From Thermoanaerobaculia bacterium (GTDB lineage Bacteria; Acidobacteriota; Thermoanaerobaculia; Multivoradales; Multivoraceae): a stretch of DNA of 64,000 nt. The stretch spans positions 4,672,001-4,736,000 of the forward strand of contig OY762911.1 in assembly GCA_963666565.1 (NCBI GenBank). Direction: 5' to 3'. Of the stretch, positions 1-10,041 are shown in pieces (the stretch's first letter is position 1; every line of letters begins with the position of its first letter). Both the position numbers and the translations under genes were made by a program. The notes under the pieces were generated by a model. That model saw only the letters and a list, made by a program, of their open reading frames with translations, was not told the origin of the DNA and searched no databases.

Positions 1-2
1 TC

Positions 3-1226
3 CTGCTCGCGCCCGAGGCCCCGGACCGCGCGATCCCCTTCGGCCGCCACGTCGGCGAGCCGGCCTGGCAGGAGGTGCCGGGCGAGTACCGGGCCATGCT
101 CCGGCGCCTGATCGTGATCCAGGGCGACACGGAACCCGCGTCCGTCGAGCAGCAGCGCTTCCTCGGCAAGACCGCGCCCTCGCTCTACGACATGCGCAAC
201 CTCTTCCAGGTCAACGTCGAGGAGGGGCGGCATCTCTGGGCGATGGTCTACCTGCTGCAGAAGTACTTCGGCCGCGACGGCCGGGAGGAGGCCGGCGAGT
301 TGCTGCGACGCCGGTCCGGCTCCGACGACGCCCCGCGCATGCTCGGCGCCTTCAACGAAGAGACGCCGGACTGGCTCTCCTTCTTCCTGTTCACCTTCTT
401 CACCGACCGCGACGGCAAGATGCAGCTCGAGTCGCTGGCCCAGTCCGGCTTCGACCCGCTGTCGCGCACCTGCCGCTTCATGCTGACGGAAGAGGCCTTC
501 CACATGTTCGTCGGCGAGAGCGGAGTGACCCGTATCGTCCAGCGCACCTGCGAGGCGATGGCGGCGGCCGGCATGGACGACCCCGGCGACATCGAGGCCG
601 TGCGCGCGCTCGGCGTGATCGACCTGCCGACGATCCAGAAGAAGGTCAACCTCCACTACTCGCTGACCCTCGACCTGTTCGGTTCCGAGCTGTCGACGAA
701 CTCGGCCAACTTCTTCAACGCCGGGCTCAAGGGCCGCTTCCGCGAGCACCGGCTGGAGGACGACCACCGGCTGCTGGACGACACCTACGGGATCCTGGAA
801 CCGTCGAACGGCGCCAATTCGAAGGGCGGCTGGCACGTCGTCCAGCATCCGGCGCTCAACGCCCTGAACGCCCGCCTGCGCGACGACTTCACGGACGACT
901 GCAACCTCGGCGTCGGCCGCTGGAACAAGACGATCCGGCAGACCGGCGTGGACTTCGAGATCGCGCTGCCCCACGTCGCCTTCCACCGGCAAATCGGCGT
1001 CTACCGCGACCTGCACGCGACGCCCGAAGGCGAACTCGTCTCCGAGGACGAGTGGAATCGCCGTCGCGACGAGTGGCTTCCCGACGACGCCGACCGCGCC
1101 TTCATCGAGTCCCTGATGGAGCCGGAGTTCCGGCCCGGCCGCTACGCCTCATGGATCGCCGAACCGAGGATCCGGATCAACCACAAGCCGGGCGACTTCG
1201 AGTGGGTCAAGCTCGCCGAGGCGTAG
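3..1226 (+). CDS. boxB: benzoyl-CoA 2,3-epoxidase subunit BoxB (5' truncated by the window edge)
   Basis: Frame is open from base 3. FGRHVGEPAWQEVPGEYRAMLRRLIVIQGDTEPASVEQQRFLG, diiron ExxH motifs (EEGRHLWAM, EEAFHMFVGE) and FFTDRDGKMQL are characteristic of BoxB. Confidence 0.92.
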   Translation: MLAPEAPDRAIPFGRHVGEPAWQEVPGEYRAMLRRLIVIQGDTEPASVEQQRFLGKTAPSLYDMRNLFQVNVEEGRHLWAMVYLLQKYFGRDGREEAGELLRRRSGSDDAPRMLGAFNEETPDWLSFFLFTFFTDRDGKMQLESLAQSGFDPLSRTCRFMLTEEAFHMFVGESGVTRIVQRTCEAMAAAGMDDPGDIEAVRALGVIDLPTIQKKVNLHYSLTLDLFGSELSTNSANFFNAGLKGRFREHRLEDDHRLLDDTYGILEPSNGANSKGGWHVVQHPALNALNARLRDDFTDDCNLGVGRWNKTIRQTGVDFEIALPHVAFHRQIGVYRDLHATPEGELVSEDEWNRRRDEWLPDDADRAFIESLMEPEFRPGRYASWIAEPRIRINHKPGDFEWVKLAEA

Positions 1227-1348
1227 GGCTGCCTGACGCCGCAAGCAGACGACCGGCAATCTCGCGGGCTCCTTCGCGCCCTGGCTCGCTTCGGCGGCGG
1301 GAGCCGGGCGCATCGTGCCGCGGGTTTACGGATAGCGGCGCCAACTCC

Positions 1349-1933
1349 TCAGGGGTACAGCAGGCCCCTTCGCCAGGAGTCGCCGTCCCGTTCGTAGAAC
1401 GTCCGGTCGTGGAGCCGGTGCTCCCGGGCCACCCAGAACTCGAAGCGCCGGGGCACGACCCGCAGTCCCGTCCAGTGGGGCGGGCGCGGCACCTCGCGGC
1501 CGGCGAATCGCTCGTTCACCCGCTCGAAGTCGGCGAGAAGCTGTTCCCGGCTTGCCAACGGCCGGCTCTGCCGAGACGCCCAGGCGCCGAGCTGGCTGTT
1601 CCGAACGCGGGTCGCGAAGTAGGCGTCGGCCTCGGCCTCGCCGACCCGCTCGGCGCGGCCGAAGACGCACACCTGCTCCTTCGGCTCCCGCCAGAAGAAG
1701 TTCAGGCTGACGTCGGGCCGCGCCAGGATCTCCCGGCCCTTGCGGCTCTCGAGATTCGTGTAGAAGACGAAGCCGTCCCGGTCGAAGTGCTTGAGCAGCA
1801 CCACGCGGGACGACGGGCGACCCCGCTCGTCGGCGCTGGAGACCACCATCGCGTTCGGCTCGGCGAGGCCGGTGGCCGAGGCGCGCTCGAAGAGATCGCG
1901 GAAGCGATCGAAGGGGTCGGCGGCGGGTGCCAT
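1349..1933 (-). CDS. pdxH: pyridoxamine 5'-phosphate oxidase
   Basis: EPNAMVVSS, PSSRVVLLK, FYTNLESRKG, SQLGAWASRQS, EFW..REHRLHDR and a terminal LYP; start placed at ATG 1933 (MAPAADPF). Confidence 0.93.
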   Translation of the reverse strand: MAPAADPFDRFRDLFERASATGLAEPNAMVVSSADERGRPSSRVVLLKHFDRDGFVFYTNLESRKGREILARPDVSLNFFWREPKEQVCVFGRAERVGEAEADAYFATRVRNSQLGAWASRQSRPLASREQLLADFERVNERFAGREVPRPPHWTGLRVVPRRFEFWVAREHRLHDRTFYERDGDSWRRGLLYP

Positions 1934-2012
1934 GGGCGAACTCTTACCGATCCCGCGTCCCGGGCCAACCCCGCCGGCCCGCTTCGCCGCCGTGTGAAAC
2001 GATTGCCGGCCC

Positions 2013-3050
2013 ATGAAGGTCGGCGTCCTCCAGTTCTTCTCCTGGCCGGACCGGCGGATTCCGCTCGATCAGGTCTACCACCGCGCCTTCCAGCGCATCG
2101 ACATCATGGAGCGGAACGGCTACGACGCCGTCTGGCTCGCCGAGCACCACTTCAGCTCGTTCAGCATCTGCCCGTCGATCCACATCATGGGCACCCACGT
2201 GGCCGCGAGGACGGAGAACCTCCGCATCGGCACCGGCGTCTCACTGGCCCCGTTCTACAACCCGCTGCGGTTGGCGGAGGAGGTGGCGCTGCTCGACGTG
2301 CTGTCGGGCGGCCGGGTGAACTGGGGCGTCGGCCGCGGCTACCAGGAGGGCGAGTTCAAGGCCTTCGGCGTCGACCCGCAGCACAGCTACGAGGTGTTCC
2401 GCGAGCACGTCCAGACCGTGATCGGCGCGTGGACGGAGGAGCGCCTGACGTTCGAGGGCGAGCACTTCCGGTGCGAGGACGTCGAGGTGCTGCCGAAGCC
2501 GGCGCAGCGGCCGCACCCGCCGGTGTGGTTGGCGGCCTCCTCGCCGGAGGCGATGAACTGGGCCGCCGAGAACGGATTCTCGATCATGCTCGACCCGCAC
2601 TCGGCGCACACCCGGATCGCCCGGAAGCGGGAGCTGTACCGGGGCATCCTGGAGGACCACGGACACTCGATCGAGGGCCGGGAAATCCCGATGGCCCGCC
2701 TGATCGCCTGCGCTCCGACCCGTGCGGAGGCGGAGCGGATCGCGCGCCAGGGCGCCGAGTGGACGGTCGGCTCGCACAAGAAGAAGGGCGTGCGGGCGGC
2801 CAGGGTCGAGAGCAGGCTCAACCGCGACCTGAGCGATCTGGCCCAGGACCACATCTTCAAGGACTCGGCGACCCGGTCCGCCATCGACCGTTACCTCGAC
2901 GGCGTCATCGTCTACGGCACGCCGGACGAGTTGATCGACGAGATCGCGCGGCTGAAGGAGGAGATGTTCCTCGACTACCTGCTGCTAGCGCCCCTCAGCC
3001 ACAGTTCCTTCGTGCTGTTCACGGACGAAGTGCTGCCCCGCGTCGTCTGA
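2013..3050 (+). CDS. luciferase-like (LLM class) flavin-dependent oxidoreductase
   Basis: AVWLAEHHFS, NPLRLAEEVALLDVLSGGRVNWGVGRGY and PKPAQRPHPPVWLA motifs. Confidence 0.9.
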   Translation: MKVGVLQFFSWPDRRIPLDQVYHRAFQRIDIMERNGYDAVWLAEHHFSSFSICPSIHIMGTHVAARTENLRIGTGVSLAPFYNPLRLAEEVALLDVLSGGRVNWGVGRGYQEGEFKAFGVDPQHSYEVFREHVQTVIGAWTEERLTFEGEHFRCEDVEVLPKPAQRPHPPVWLAASSPEAMNWAAENGFSIMLDPHSAHTRIARKRELYRGILEDHGHSIEGREIPMARLIACAPTRAEAERIARQGAEWTVGSHKKKGVRAARVESRLNRDLSDLAQDHIFKDSATRSAIDRYLDGVIVYGTPDELIDEIARLKEEMFLDYLLLAPLSHSSFVLFTDEVLPRVV

Positions 3051-3054
3051 AAAC

Positions 3055-3200
3055 CCGCTGGGTGCGCGGGTCTTCCGACCCGCCCACGTGCGGTGCCGCG
3101 GAGCCGCCCGGCCGGACGACAGGGCGGCCGGCCGGAGGCCGGCGCGACTCACTTGGCCGCCTCCGGCGGCAGCGGGTCAGAGGACCCGCGCACCCAGCGG
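3055..3200. repeat. inverted pair of REP-like palindromes (REPIN-like), consensus CTGGGTGCGCGGGTCTTCCGACCCGC
   Basis: Copy at about 3058-3083 and reverse-complement copy at about 3172-3198, between convergent genes; internal hairpin GCGGGTC-N4-GACCCGC. Confidence 0.85.
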
Positions 3201-3214
3201 CTACGTCTGCCGCT

Positions 3215-3526
3215 TCAGCGACGGCGGCCCTTGAACACGTACGACAGGCCCTCTTCGGCGAAGGCGCGGCACGCCTTGTCCTTGAACTCCACCGCCTTGT
3301 CCCATTCCTCGACGTCGTAGTAGTCGCGCTCGGCGACGACCCGGATCTCGCGCACCGTACGCTCGTCGAGATCGAGGCGCTCCGCGATCTCGCGGTCCGA
3401 CAGGCCGCGGCGCCGCTTCTCGCCCGGCAGGTGCTCGTGGATGTCGACCTGGATCGAGTTCGACAGCTCCAGGATCTCCTCGCGGTGGCGGCGGTAGGTC
3501 TCGGGATCGACAAAGAAGAAAGCCAC
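3215..3526 (-). CDS. small hypothetical protein with an HTH-like segment
   Basis: AAGGAG RBS before the GTG start; GLSDREIAERLDLDERTVREI resembles a helix-turn-helix; last gene of the QueG-like operon. Confidence 0.75.
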   Translation of the reverse strand: MAFFFVDPETYRRHREEILELSNSIQVDIHEHLPGEKRRRGLSDREIAERLDLDERTVREIRVVAERDYYDVEEWDKAVEFKDKACRAFAEEGLSYVFKGRRR

Positions 3527-3547
3527 GTTCGACTCCTTTCTCGGCTC

Positions 3548-4450
3548 CTACGCCTTCTGCCGGAACTCGGCGCCCACGGGACAGACCCTCATGCACTCCC
3601 AGCACTGCCCCTGGCTCTGCGCCGCGTAGGTCATCGACCACAGCGTCTTCGTGAAGTGGCTGGAGTACAGCACCATCTTGCGCGCCTCCGGGTCGTCCTG
3701 GTCGAGGGCGAGTTCGAGCCCCTTCTGGAAGCCGGGAATCCAGTGCGTGTAGACCCGGGACGTGCAGCGGGCCGCGTCGTAGCGGCGCTCGACCAGCCGG
3801 CCGTTCTCGATCCGGCCGTCCAGGCAGCCGCCGTCGCCGAGCGGGCAGACCCTGGTGCAGGGCGTGGCGCCCTCGGCCTCCCACATCTCGACGCAGGCCG
3901 GCGCCGGGCAAGCCGGTTCGGCAAGCGGCGGCGTGACGGGGAACGGGTACGTGGTGACGATCGCCGAGTAGAACAGCAGGCCGTACTCGGGGTGCAGCAC
4001 CGGGCCGGCCAGGCTGCGCGAGCCGCAGCCGGCCAGCTCCGCCGCCAGGGCGACGCTCAGGAAGGGCCGGTTGCCGCGACGGACGCCCGGCGGCACGAAC
4101 AGCGCGTAGTAGCCGAACTCCGCCTCGATGAACTTCGCCGCCTTGAGGCCGAGGGAGTTGATCCGGTCGCTGGTGCCCATCGTCTCCAGGTGCTCGTGGA
4201 CCGGACTCGCCCAGTCCGCCGCCCGCGGCGGACTGCCGCCGAGGACCACGACGCGGCGCGCATCCGGCAGCAGGTCGCCCGGACGGAAGCCCTCCGGTGC
4301 GTCTCCGAAGGCGCCGGCGTCGGCGACGCCCAGGGCCAGGGCGCCGCCGCGCTCGGCCATCGCCGTCAGGCGATCCAGCGCGGCCGCCGCTTCGTCCGCC
4401 GTCGGCTCGGGAGCGATCCCCGAGTCGGGGGCGATCCGCCGGACCGTCAC
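3548..4450 (-). CDS. QueG/epoxyqueuosine reductase-like Fe-S protein, paralogue B
   Basis: LGVADA..F..APEGFRPGDLLPDARRVVV, SVALAAELAGCG..LHPEYG, Cys clusters CPAPAC..CTRVCP and QCWECMRVCPVG; the GTG at 4450 overlaps the upstream stop (GTGA). Confidence 0.75.
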   Translation of the reverse strand: MTVRRIAPDSGIAPEPTADEAAAALDRLTAMAERGGALALGVADAGAFGDAPEGFRPGDLLPDARRVVVLGGSPPRAADWASPVHEHLETMGTSDRINSLGLKAAKFIEAEFGYYALFVPPGVRRGNRPFLSVALAAELAGCGSRSLAGPVLHPEYGLLFYSAIVTTYPFPVTPPLAEPACPAPACVEMWEAEGATPCTRVCPLGDGGCLDGRIENGRLVERRYDAARCTSRVYTHWIPGFQKGLELALDQDDPEARKMVLYSSHFTKTLWSMTYAAQSQGQCWECMRVCPVGAEFRQKA

Positions 4451-5310
4451 CGGAGCCGCCTCTCGCCCATGCCGACCGGACACACCCGCATGCACTCGAA
4501 GCACTGCGCCACGCTCTCCTTGTAGTACGAGAGCGACGAAAGCGACTGGGTGAAGAAGTCGGAGTAGATCATCGACCTGCGCCGGTCCCGGTCCTCTTCC
4601 GTGGTGATCTGGACAAGGGACTTCTGGATCGAGCCGATGCCGAAGTTCATCGACCGCGAGGTGCAGCGCTCGCGGTCGTAGTACGAGTAGCCGATCCTGC
4701 CGTCCTCGTCGAGCGCGCCGTCGAGGCAACCGCCCTCGTCCTTCGGGCAGGAGGCGAGGCAAGGCGTCGTGCCCAGCTTCTCGTACATCTGGATGCAGGG
4801 CTTGGAAGGGCAGACATCCTCCTCGAGCGGGTGGTCCGGTTCGAGATCGAGGGTTGTGACCAGCGCGGCGTAGTACAGCAGGCCGTAGCGAGGATGGAGG
4901 ATGATGTTCGCGGCCAGCGACCGGGTGCCCAGACCGGCCAGCACCGCGGCCAGCATCATGCTCATCGGCGGATTGTGCCCGGCCGTGGGGAGAGACGGCG
5001 CCTGCAGGGCGCGGTGGCCGTGTTCCCGCTCGATGTAGTCGCACATCACGTGGACCGCCACGTTCTCGCGGAAGTCGTAGCCGGTGATCTCCATCACGCG
5101 GTGATCGGGACAGCGCCAGGCGCCCGCCGTCGGCCCCTGGTTGCCTGCGACGACGACGCTCTTCGCGCCCGGCAGAACGTCTTCCGGCCGGTGCCCCTCC
5201 GGCACGAACTCGTTGAACGCGCTGGCGGCGGCGACACCGACCACGAGGGCGCCGGCCCCGGCGCCGACGTCGCGCACCGCCGCCGTTCGCTGCTGTCGGG
5301 CGTCCGCCAT
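4447..5310 (-). CDS. QueG/epoxyqueuosine reductase-like Fe-S protein, paralogue A
   Basis: VGVAAA..F..VPEGHRPEDVLPGAKSVVV, MLAAVLAGLG..LHPRYG, CPSKPC..CLASCP and QCFECMRVCPVG; GGAG RBS before ATG 5310. Confidence 0.75.
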   Translation of the reverse strand: MADARQQRTAAVRDVGAGAGALVVGVAAASAFNEFVPEGHRPEDVLPGAKSVVVAGNQGPTAGAWRCPDHRVMEITGYDFRENVAVHVMCDYIEREHGHRALQAPSLPTAGHNPPMSMMLAAVLAGLGTRSLAANIILHPRYGLLYYAALVTTLDLEPDHPLEEDVCPSKPCIQMYEKLGTTPCLASCPKDEGGCLDGALDEDGRIGYSYYDRERCTSRSMNFGIGSIQKSLVQITTEEDRDRRRSMIYSDFFTQSLSSLSYYKESVAQCFECMRVCPVGMGERRLR

Positions 5311-5337
5311 CGGGCTCGCTCCGGTAAGGTGCTCCTC

Positions 5338-6057
5338 GTGAACTCCGGGGACGATAGCACCAGCGTCGACGCGGGCGTCGAGGTCGTCAATCCGTGGGAG
5401 GAGCGGAAGGACCGCGGCAGGTTCTCCGCCCTCGTCGCCTCTCTCGTCCTCCTGGCCACCGCCCCGAGGAAGTTCTTCGACGGTACCCGGCCCGACGCGG
5501 GCATCTGGAGTCCGCTCTTCTTCGTGGGCCTGATCACGGTCATCTATGTCGTCCTGGGAGGCGTCGTTCTCACGGTCCTTTCGCTGACCCTTTCGGAACA
5601 GGCACTGGAGTCCGTCTGGCAAACCTGGTTCTGGACCAATCCGTCTCAGTTCGGAACCTCGGAGGAACTGCCCTTCGGCCCCACCCTGACCGCCCTCATC
5701 GGCTTCCAGCTCCTCCTGCTCACTCTCCCCCTCATCTTCGCCATCACGCTGATCGTGATGTTGATCTGGGGCTCGCTGGTCCACCTTCTTCTGGTCGCAA
5801 CTCGCACCCCGAGGCCTCACGGGTTCCGCGGCACCTGGGCCGTGATGTGCTACGCCAACGGTGCAGCCCTCCTGGGCATCGTTCCCGTCGCGGGCGGAGT
5901 CCTGGGAAGCGTCTGCAGCGCGGTTCTGGTCGGGATCGGCCTTCACGTCGTGCAGCGGGTCGGCGTCATTCGAGCCACGGTCCTGGCCTCGATCCTGCTC
6001 CTCCTGTCCTTCCTGGGGTGGCTGATCCCTCGCGCCTTGCAAGGCAGCATCTTCTAA
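5338..6057 (+). CDS. YIP1-like multi-pass membrane protein
   Basis: NPWEER..LLATAPRKFF N-terminus, about 5 hydrophobic helices and GFRGTWAVMCYA; GTG start 7 nt after TAAGGT. Confidence 0.65.
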   Translation: MNSGDDSTSVDAGVEVVNPWEERKDRGRFSALVASLVLLATAPRKFFDGTRPDAGIWSPLFFVGLITVIYVVLGGVVLTVLSLTLSEQALESVWQTWFWTNPSQFGTSEELPFGPTLTALIGFQLLLLTLPLIFAITLIVMLIWGSLVHLLLVATRTPRPHGFRGTWAVMCYANGAALLGIVPVAGGVLGSVCSAVLVGIGLHVVQRVGVIRATVLASILLLLSFLGWLIPRALQGSIF

Positions 6058-6122
6058 GGCCGACTTAGTAGAGTCGGGCGCCGCGCCCAGCCAGGGCGCC
6101 GAACGCCGACCCGCCTGACGCC

Positions 6123-7159
<1,037 letters not shown>

Positions 7160-7160
<1 letters not shown>

Positions 7161-7219
7161 TGCCCGTCTTCCGGTTCAACGACCTGCGCTTCCCGCGCCG
7201 GTTCGAGCGGTTCGCCTGA
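7160..7219 (+). CDS. putative 19-aa Phe-rich minicistron MPVFRFNDLRFPRRFERFA, a near-duplicate of the pheS 3' end
   Basis: Its ATG overlaps the pheS TGA (TGATG at 7158-7162) and its TGA overlaps the pheT ATG (TGATG at 7217-7221); 5 of 19 codons are Phe. Confidence 0.45.
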
Positions 7220-9882
7220 TGCGGGTTCCGCTCAACTGGCTCGGCGACTTCGTCGACGTCGGCGACGACGCCGACGGTCTTGCCGAGCTGCTCACGAACG
7301 CCGGCCTGGAGGTCAAGGCGGTCGAGCGCTTCGGCGTGGAAGGCGCCGACCTGCCCTGGCCGGCCGACCTCGTCATGGCGGCGAAGGTCCTGCGCGTCGA
7401 CCCGGTGCCCGACGCCGACCGCCTGGTGCTGGCGACCGTGGACTACGGCGCCGAGGAGACGCGCCAGGTGATCACCGGGGCGCCCAACCTGTTCCCGTAT
7501 CTGGGCCAGGACCTCGGCGGCGCCGACATCTGGGGCGCCCTGCTGCTCGCCGGCGCCAGCTACCGCAATCCCTACCGCGACCTGAAGGTCACGCGCCTCA
7601 AGCCGAAGAAGCTGCGCGGCATCACGAGCGACGCGATGTTGTGCTCGGCGGCGGAGCTCGGACTCGGCGAGGACCACGAAGGGATCGTCCTGTTCGAGCC
7701 GGCCGACGAACTGCCGGCGCTTCGGCCCGGGCGGCCCCTGGCCGAGGTGCTCGGCGACGTCGTGCTCGACATCGACGTGATCCCCAACATCGCGCGCTGC
7801 GCTTCGGTCCTGGGCGTCGCGCGCGAGGTCGCGGCGCTCACGGAAGCGGAGTTCCGGCCGCCGGCGGTCCCGCTCACGATGGAAGGGCCGCCGGTCGCCG
7901 GCCGGGTCGAGATCGCGACCGAGAACCCGGAGCTGAACCCGCGCTTCGTCGCCCTGCTGATCGAGGGAATCGAGCAGGGGCCGTCGCCGTACTGGATGCA
8001 GCACCGGCTGCAACTCGCCGGGCAGCGGCCGATCGGCAACGCGGTCGACATCAGCAACTACACGATGCTCGAGGTCGGCCAGCCGAACCACGCCTTCGAC
8101 TACGACCTGCTGCGGCAGCGGGCCGACTCGTACGCGGAAGGCGGCCCGGTACGGATCGTCACGCGGCTGGCGCGCGAGGGCGAACGCCTCACCACGCTGG
8201 ACGGCGCCGAGCGGCAACTGCGACCCAACCAGATCATGGTCACCGACCCGGCCGGCTCGCTCAGCGTCGGCGGCGTGATGGGGGGCCGGGACAGCGAGAT
8301 CGGCCCGGAGACCCGCAACGTGCTGCTGGAGGCGGCGGCCTGGGAACCCCGGAGCATTCGGCGCACCCAGCGACAGCTCGGCGTCCACACCGAGGCCGGT
8401 TTCCGTTTCAGCCGCGGCGTCCATCCCAGCCAGGCCCTGCTCGGCGCCCGGCGGACCGCCGAACTGCTCCGGCTTCACGCCGGCGGCACGATCGCCGAAG
8501 GGATCGTCGATCGCTACCCGCAACCGGCGCCGACCGTCACGGTCGACTTCGATCTCGGCTACCTGCGCCGGCTGAGCGGACTCGATTTGGGTGCGGAGGA
8601 GACGTCGGAGCTGCTGCGCCGCCTGCAGTTCGAAGTCGACGCGGTTGAGGACGGCACGGTCGAGGGGAGCACCGTCGAGCGGGGCACCGTCGAGAACCGC
8701 GCCGATGCGGCCGGCTCCGCTCCCGGCGTGGAAACGCCCGCGTCCCGCCCCGATCCCCGCCCCGGAACGCCCTCGCTTCTGCGCGTGACGGCGCCCGACC
8801 ACCGCCTCGACATCGAGGGCCAGCACGACCTGGTCGAGGAGGTCTGCCGCATCTACGGCTACGACCGCATCCCTTCGACCGTGCTCAGCGACGTGCTGCC
8901 GCCCCAGCGCGGCAACCGCGAGCAGGCCTTCGAGGATCGGGTCAAGGACATCCTCGCCGACCTGGGGCTCCAGGAGATCGTCAGCTACCGGCTGACGACG
9001 CCGGAAGCGGAAGCGAAGCTGCAACTCGAAGACGCCGAGCCGCCGCCCTACGTACGGCTCGCCAATCCCTCGACCCAGGACCGGGTCGTCATGCGCCGCA
9101 GCCTGCTGGCGTCCGTTCTGGAAGCCGCAGCGTCGAACAGCCGCTTCACGGACCGGCTCGCCCTGTTCGAGGTCGGCCGCGTGTTCCCGGTCGACGAAGG
9201 CGATTCGCTGCCCGTGGAGCGGCAACGGGCCGCCCTCGCGCTGACCGGTCCGCGCCGGGCAGACCACTGGCAGGCGGCTAACGTGAGCGATGACTGCTTC
9301 GACTTCTTCGACATCAAGGGCGTCGTCGAGACGGTCCTGGATCGGCTCGGCCTGGCGGTCGAGTTCAGCGCGCCGGAGGCGGACGCGACGCCACCGTCCT
9401 TCCGCCCAGGACGTTCCGCGGCGATCGAGATCCGTGCGGACGCGAAGCCCATCGGCTGGCTGGGTGAAGCCCATCCGGCGGTGGCCGCGCGCTTCGATCT
9501 GGAGCCAGACGACGGTCACCCCGTCCTCGCCGCCGAACTCGACCTCGACCGCATCCTCGAGCTCGTCCCCGATTCCCTTCAGGTCGAGCCCGTCCCCGTC
9601 TATCCGGAAGTACGCGAGGACCTGGCCCTGATCGTGGAAGAGGCGACGCCTGCCGCGGCCGTCGAGGCAGCCCTCCTCGCCGCCGGCAAGCCCCTTCTAT
9701 GCGCCGTCGAGCTCTTCGACGTGTTCCGCGGCGACGCGATCGGCGAAGGCTCGAAGAGCCTCGCCTACCACCTCACGTTCCGGGCCCCGAACCGCACCCT
9801 CCGCGACCGGGACGTGAAGAAGCTCCGCCGGCGCATCCTGGGCCAGGTCGAGAGATCCGTCGGCGCCAGGATCCGGGAGTAG
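7219..9882 (+). CDS. pheT: phenylalanine--tRNA ligase beta subunit
   Basis: MRVPLNWL start, OB-fold (LRGITSDAMLCS), B3/4 (VDISNYTMLEVGQPNHAFD), B5 (HRLDIEGQHDLVEEVCRIYGYD) and FDX-ACB (LFDVFRG..KSLAY) regions. Confidence 0.97.
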   Translation: MRVPLNWLGDFVDVGDDADGLAELLTNAGLEVKAVERFGVEGADLPWPADLVMAAKVLRVDPVPDADRLVLATVDYGAEETRQVITGAPNLFPYLGQDLGGADIWGALLLAGASYRNPYRDLKVTRLKPKKLRGITSDAMLCSAAELGLGEDHEGIVLFEPADELPALRPGRPLAEVLGDVVLDIDVIPNIARCASVLGVAREVAALTEAEFRPPAVPLTMEGPPVAGRVEIATENPELNPRFVALLIEGIEQGPSPYWMQHRLQLAGQRPIGNAVDISNYTMLEVGQPNHAFDYDLLRQRADSYAEGGPVRIVTRLAREGERLTTLDGAERQLRPNQIMVTDPAGSLSVGGVMGGRDSEIGPETRNVLLEAAAWEPRSIRRTQRQLGVHTEAGFRFSRGVHPSQALLGARRTAELLRLHAGGTIAEGIVDRYPQPAPTVTVDFDLGYLRRLSGLDLGAEETSELLRRLQFEVDAVEDGTVEGSTVERGTVENRADAAGSAPGVETPASRPDPRPGTPSLLRVTAPDHRLDIEGQHDLVEEVCRIYGYDRIPSTVLSDVLPPQRGNREQAFEDRVKDILADLGLQEIVSYRLTTPEAEAKLQLEDAEPPPYVRLANPSTQDRVVMRRSLLASVLEAAASNSRFTDRLALFEVGRVFPVDEGDSLPVERQRAALALTGPRRADHWQAANVSDDCFDFFDIKGVVETVLDRLGLAVEFSAPEADATPPSFRPGRSAAIEIRADAKPIGWLGEAHPAVAARFDLEPDDGHPVLAAELDLDRILELVPDSLQVEPVPVYPEVREDLALIVEEATPAAAVEAALLAAGKPLLCAVELFDVFRGDAIGEGSKSLAYHLTFRAPNRTLRDRDVKKLRRRILGQVERSVGARIRE

Positions 9883-9950
9883 GCCCGCGGAACGAGGCCT
9901 CGGGGGCGACGCAGCCTTGCCTGGAACTGGCTGCGGCCGGAGACGGGCTT

Positions 9951-9990
9951 CCGCTGGGTGCGCGGGTCTTCTGACCCGCTGCCGCCGAAG
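9951..9990 (+). repeat. REP-like palindrome copy
   Basis: CCGCTGGGTGCGCGGGTCTTCTGACCCGCTGCCGCCG between convergent pheT and rsmE. Confidence 0.8.
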
Positions 9991-10041
9991 ACGGCGAGAA
10001 AGACGCGCCGGCCGTCGGACCGGCTCCGCTCCTCTCCCCCT

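Noticed and set aside
1052-4525. 1157-aa + strand ORF and similar long ORFs (6883-9519, 38794-41694, 48101-51472, 54782-56812)
   Set aside because: These are Arg/Pro/Gly-rich or antisense shadow frames overlapping well-supported genes, as expected in high-GC DNA with few stop codons.
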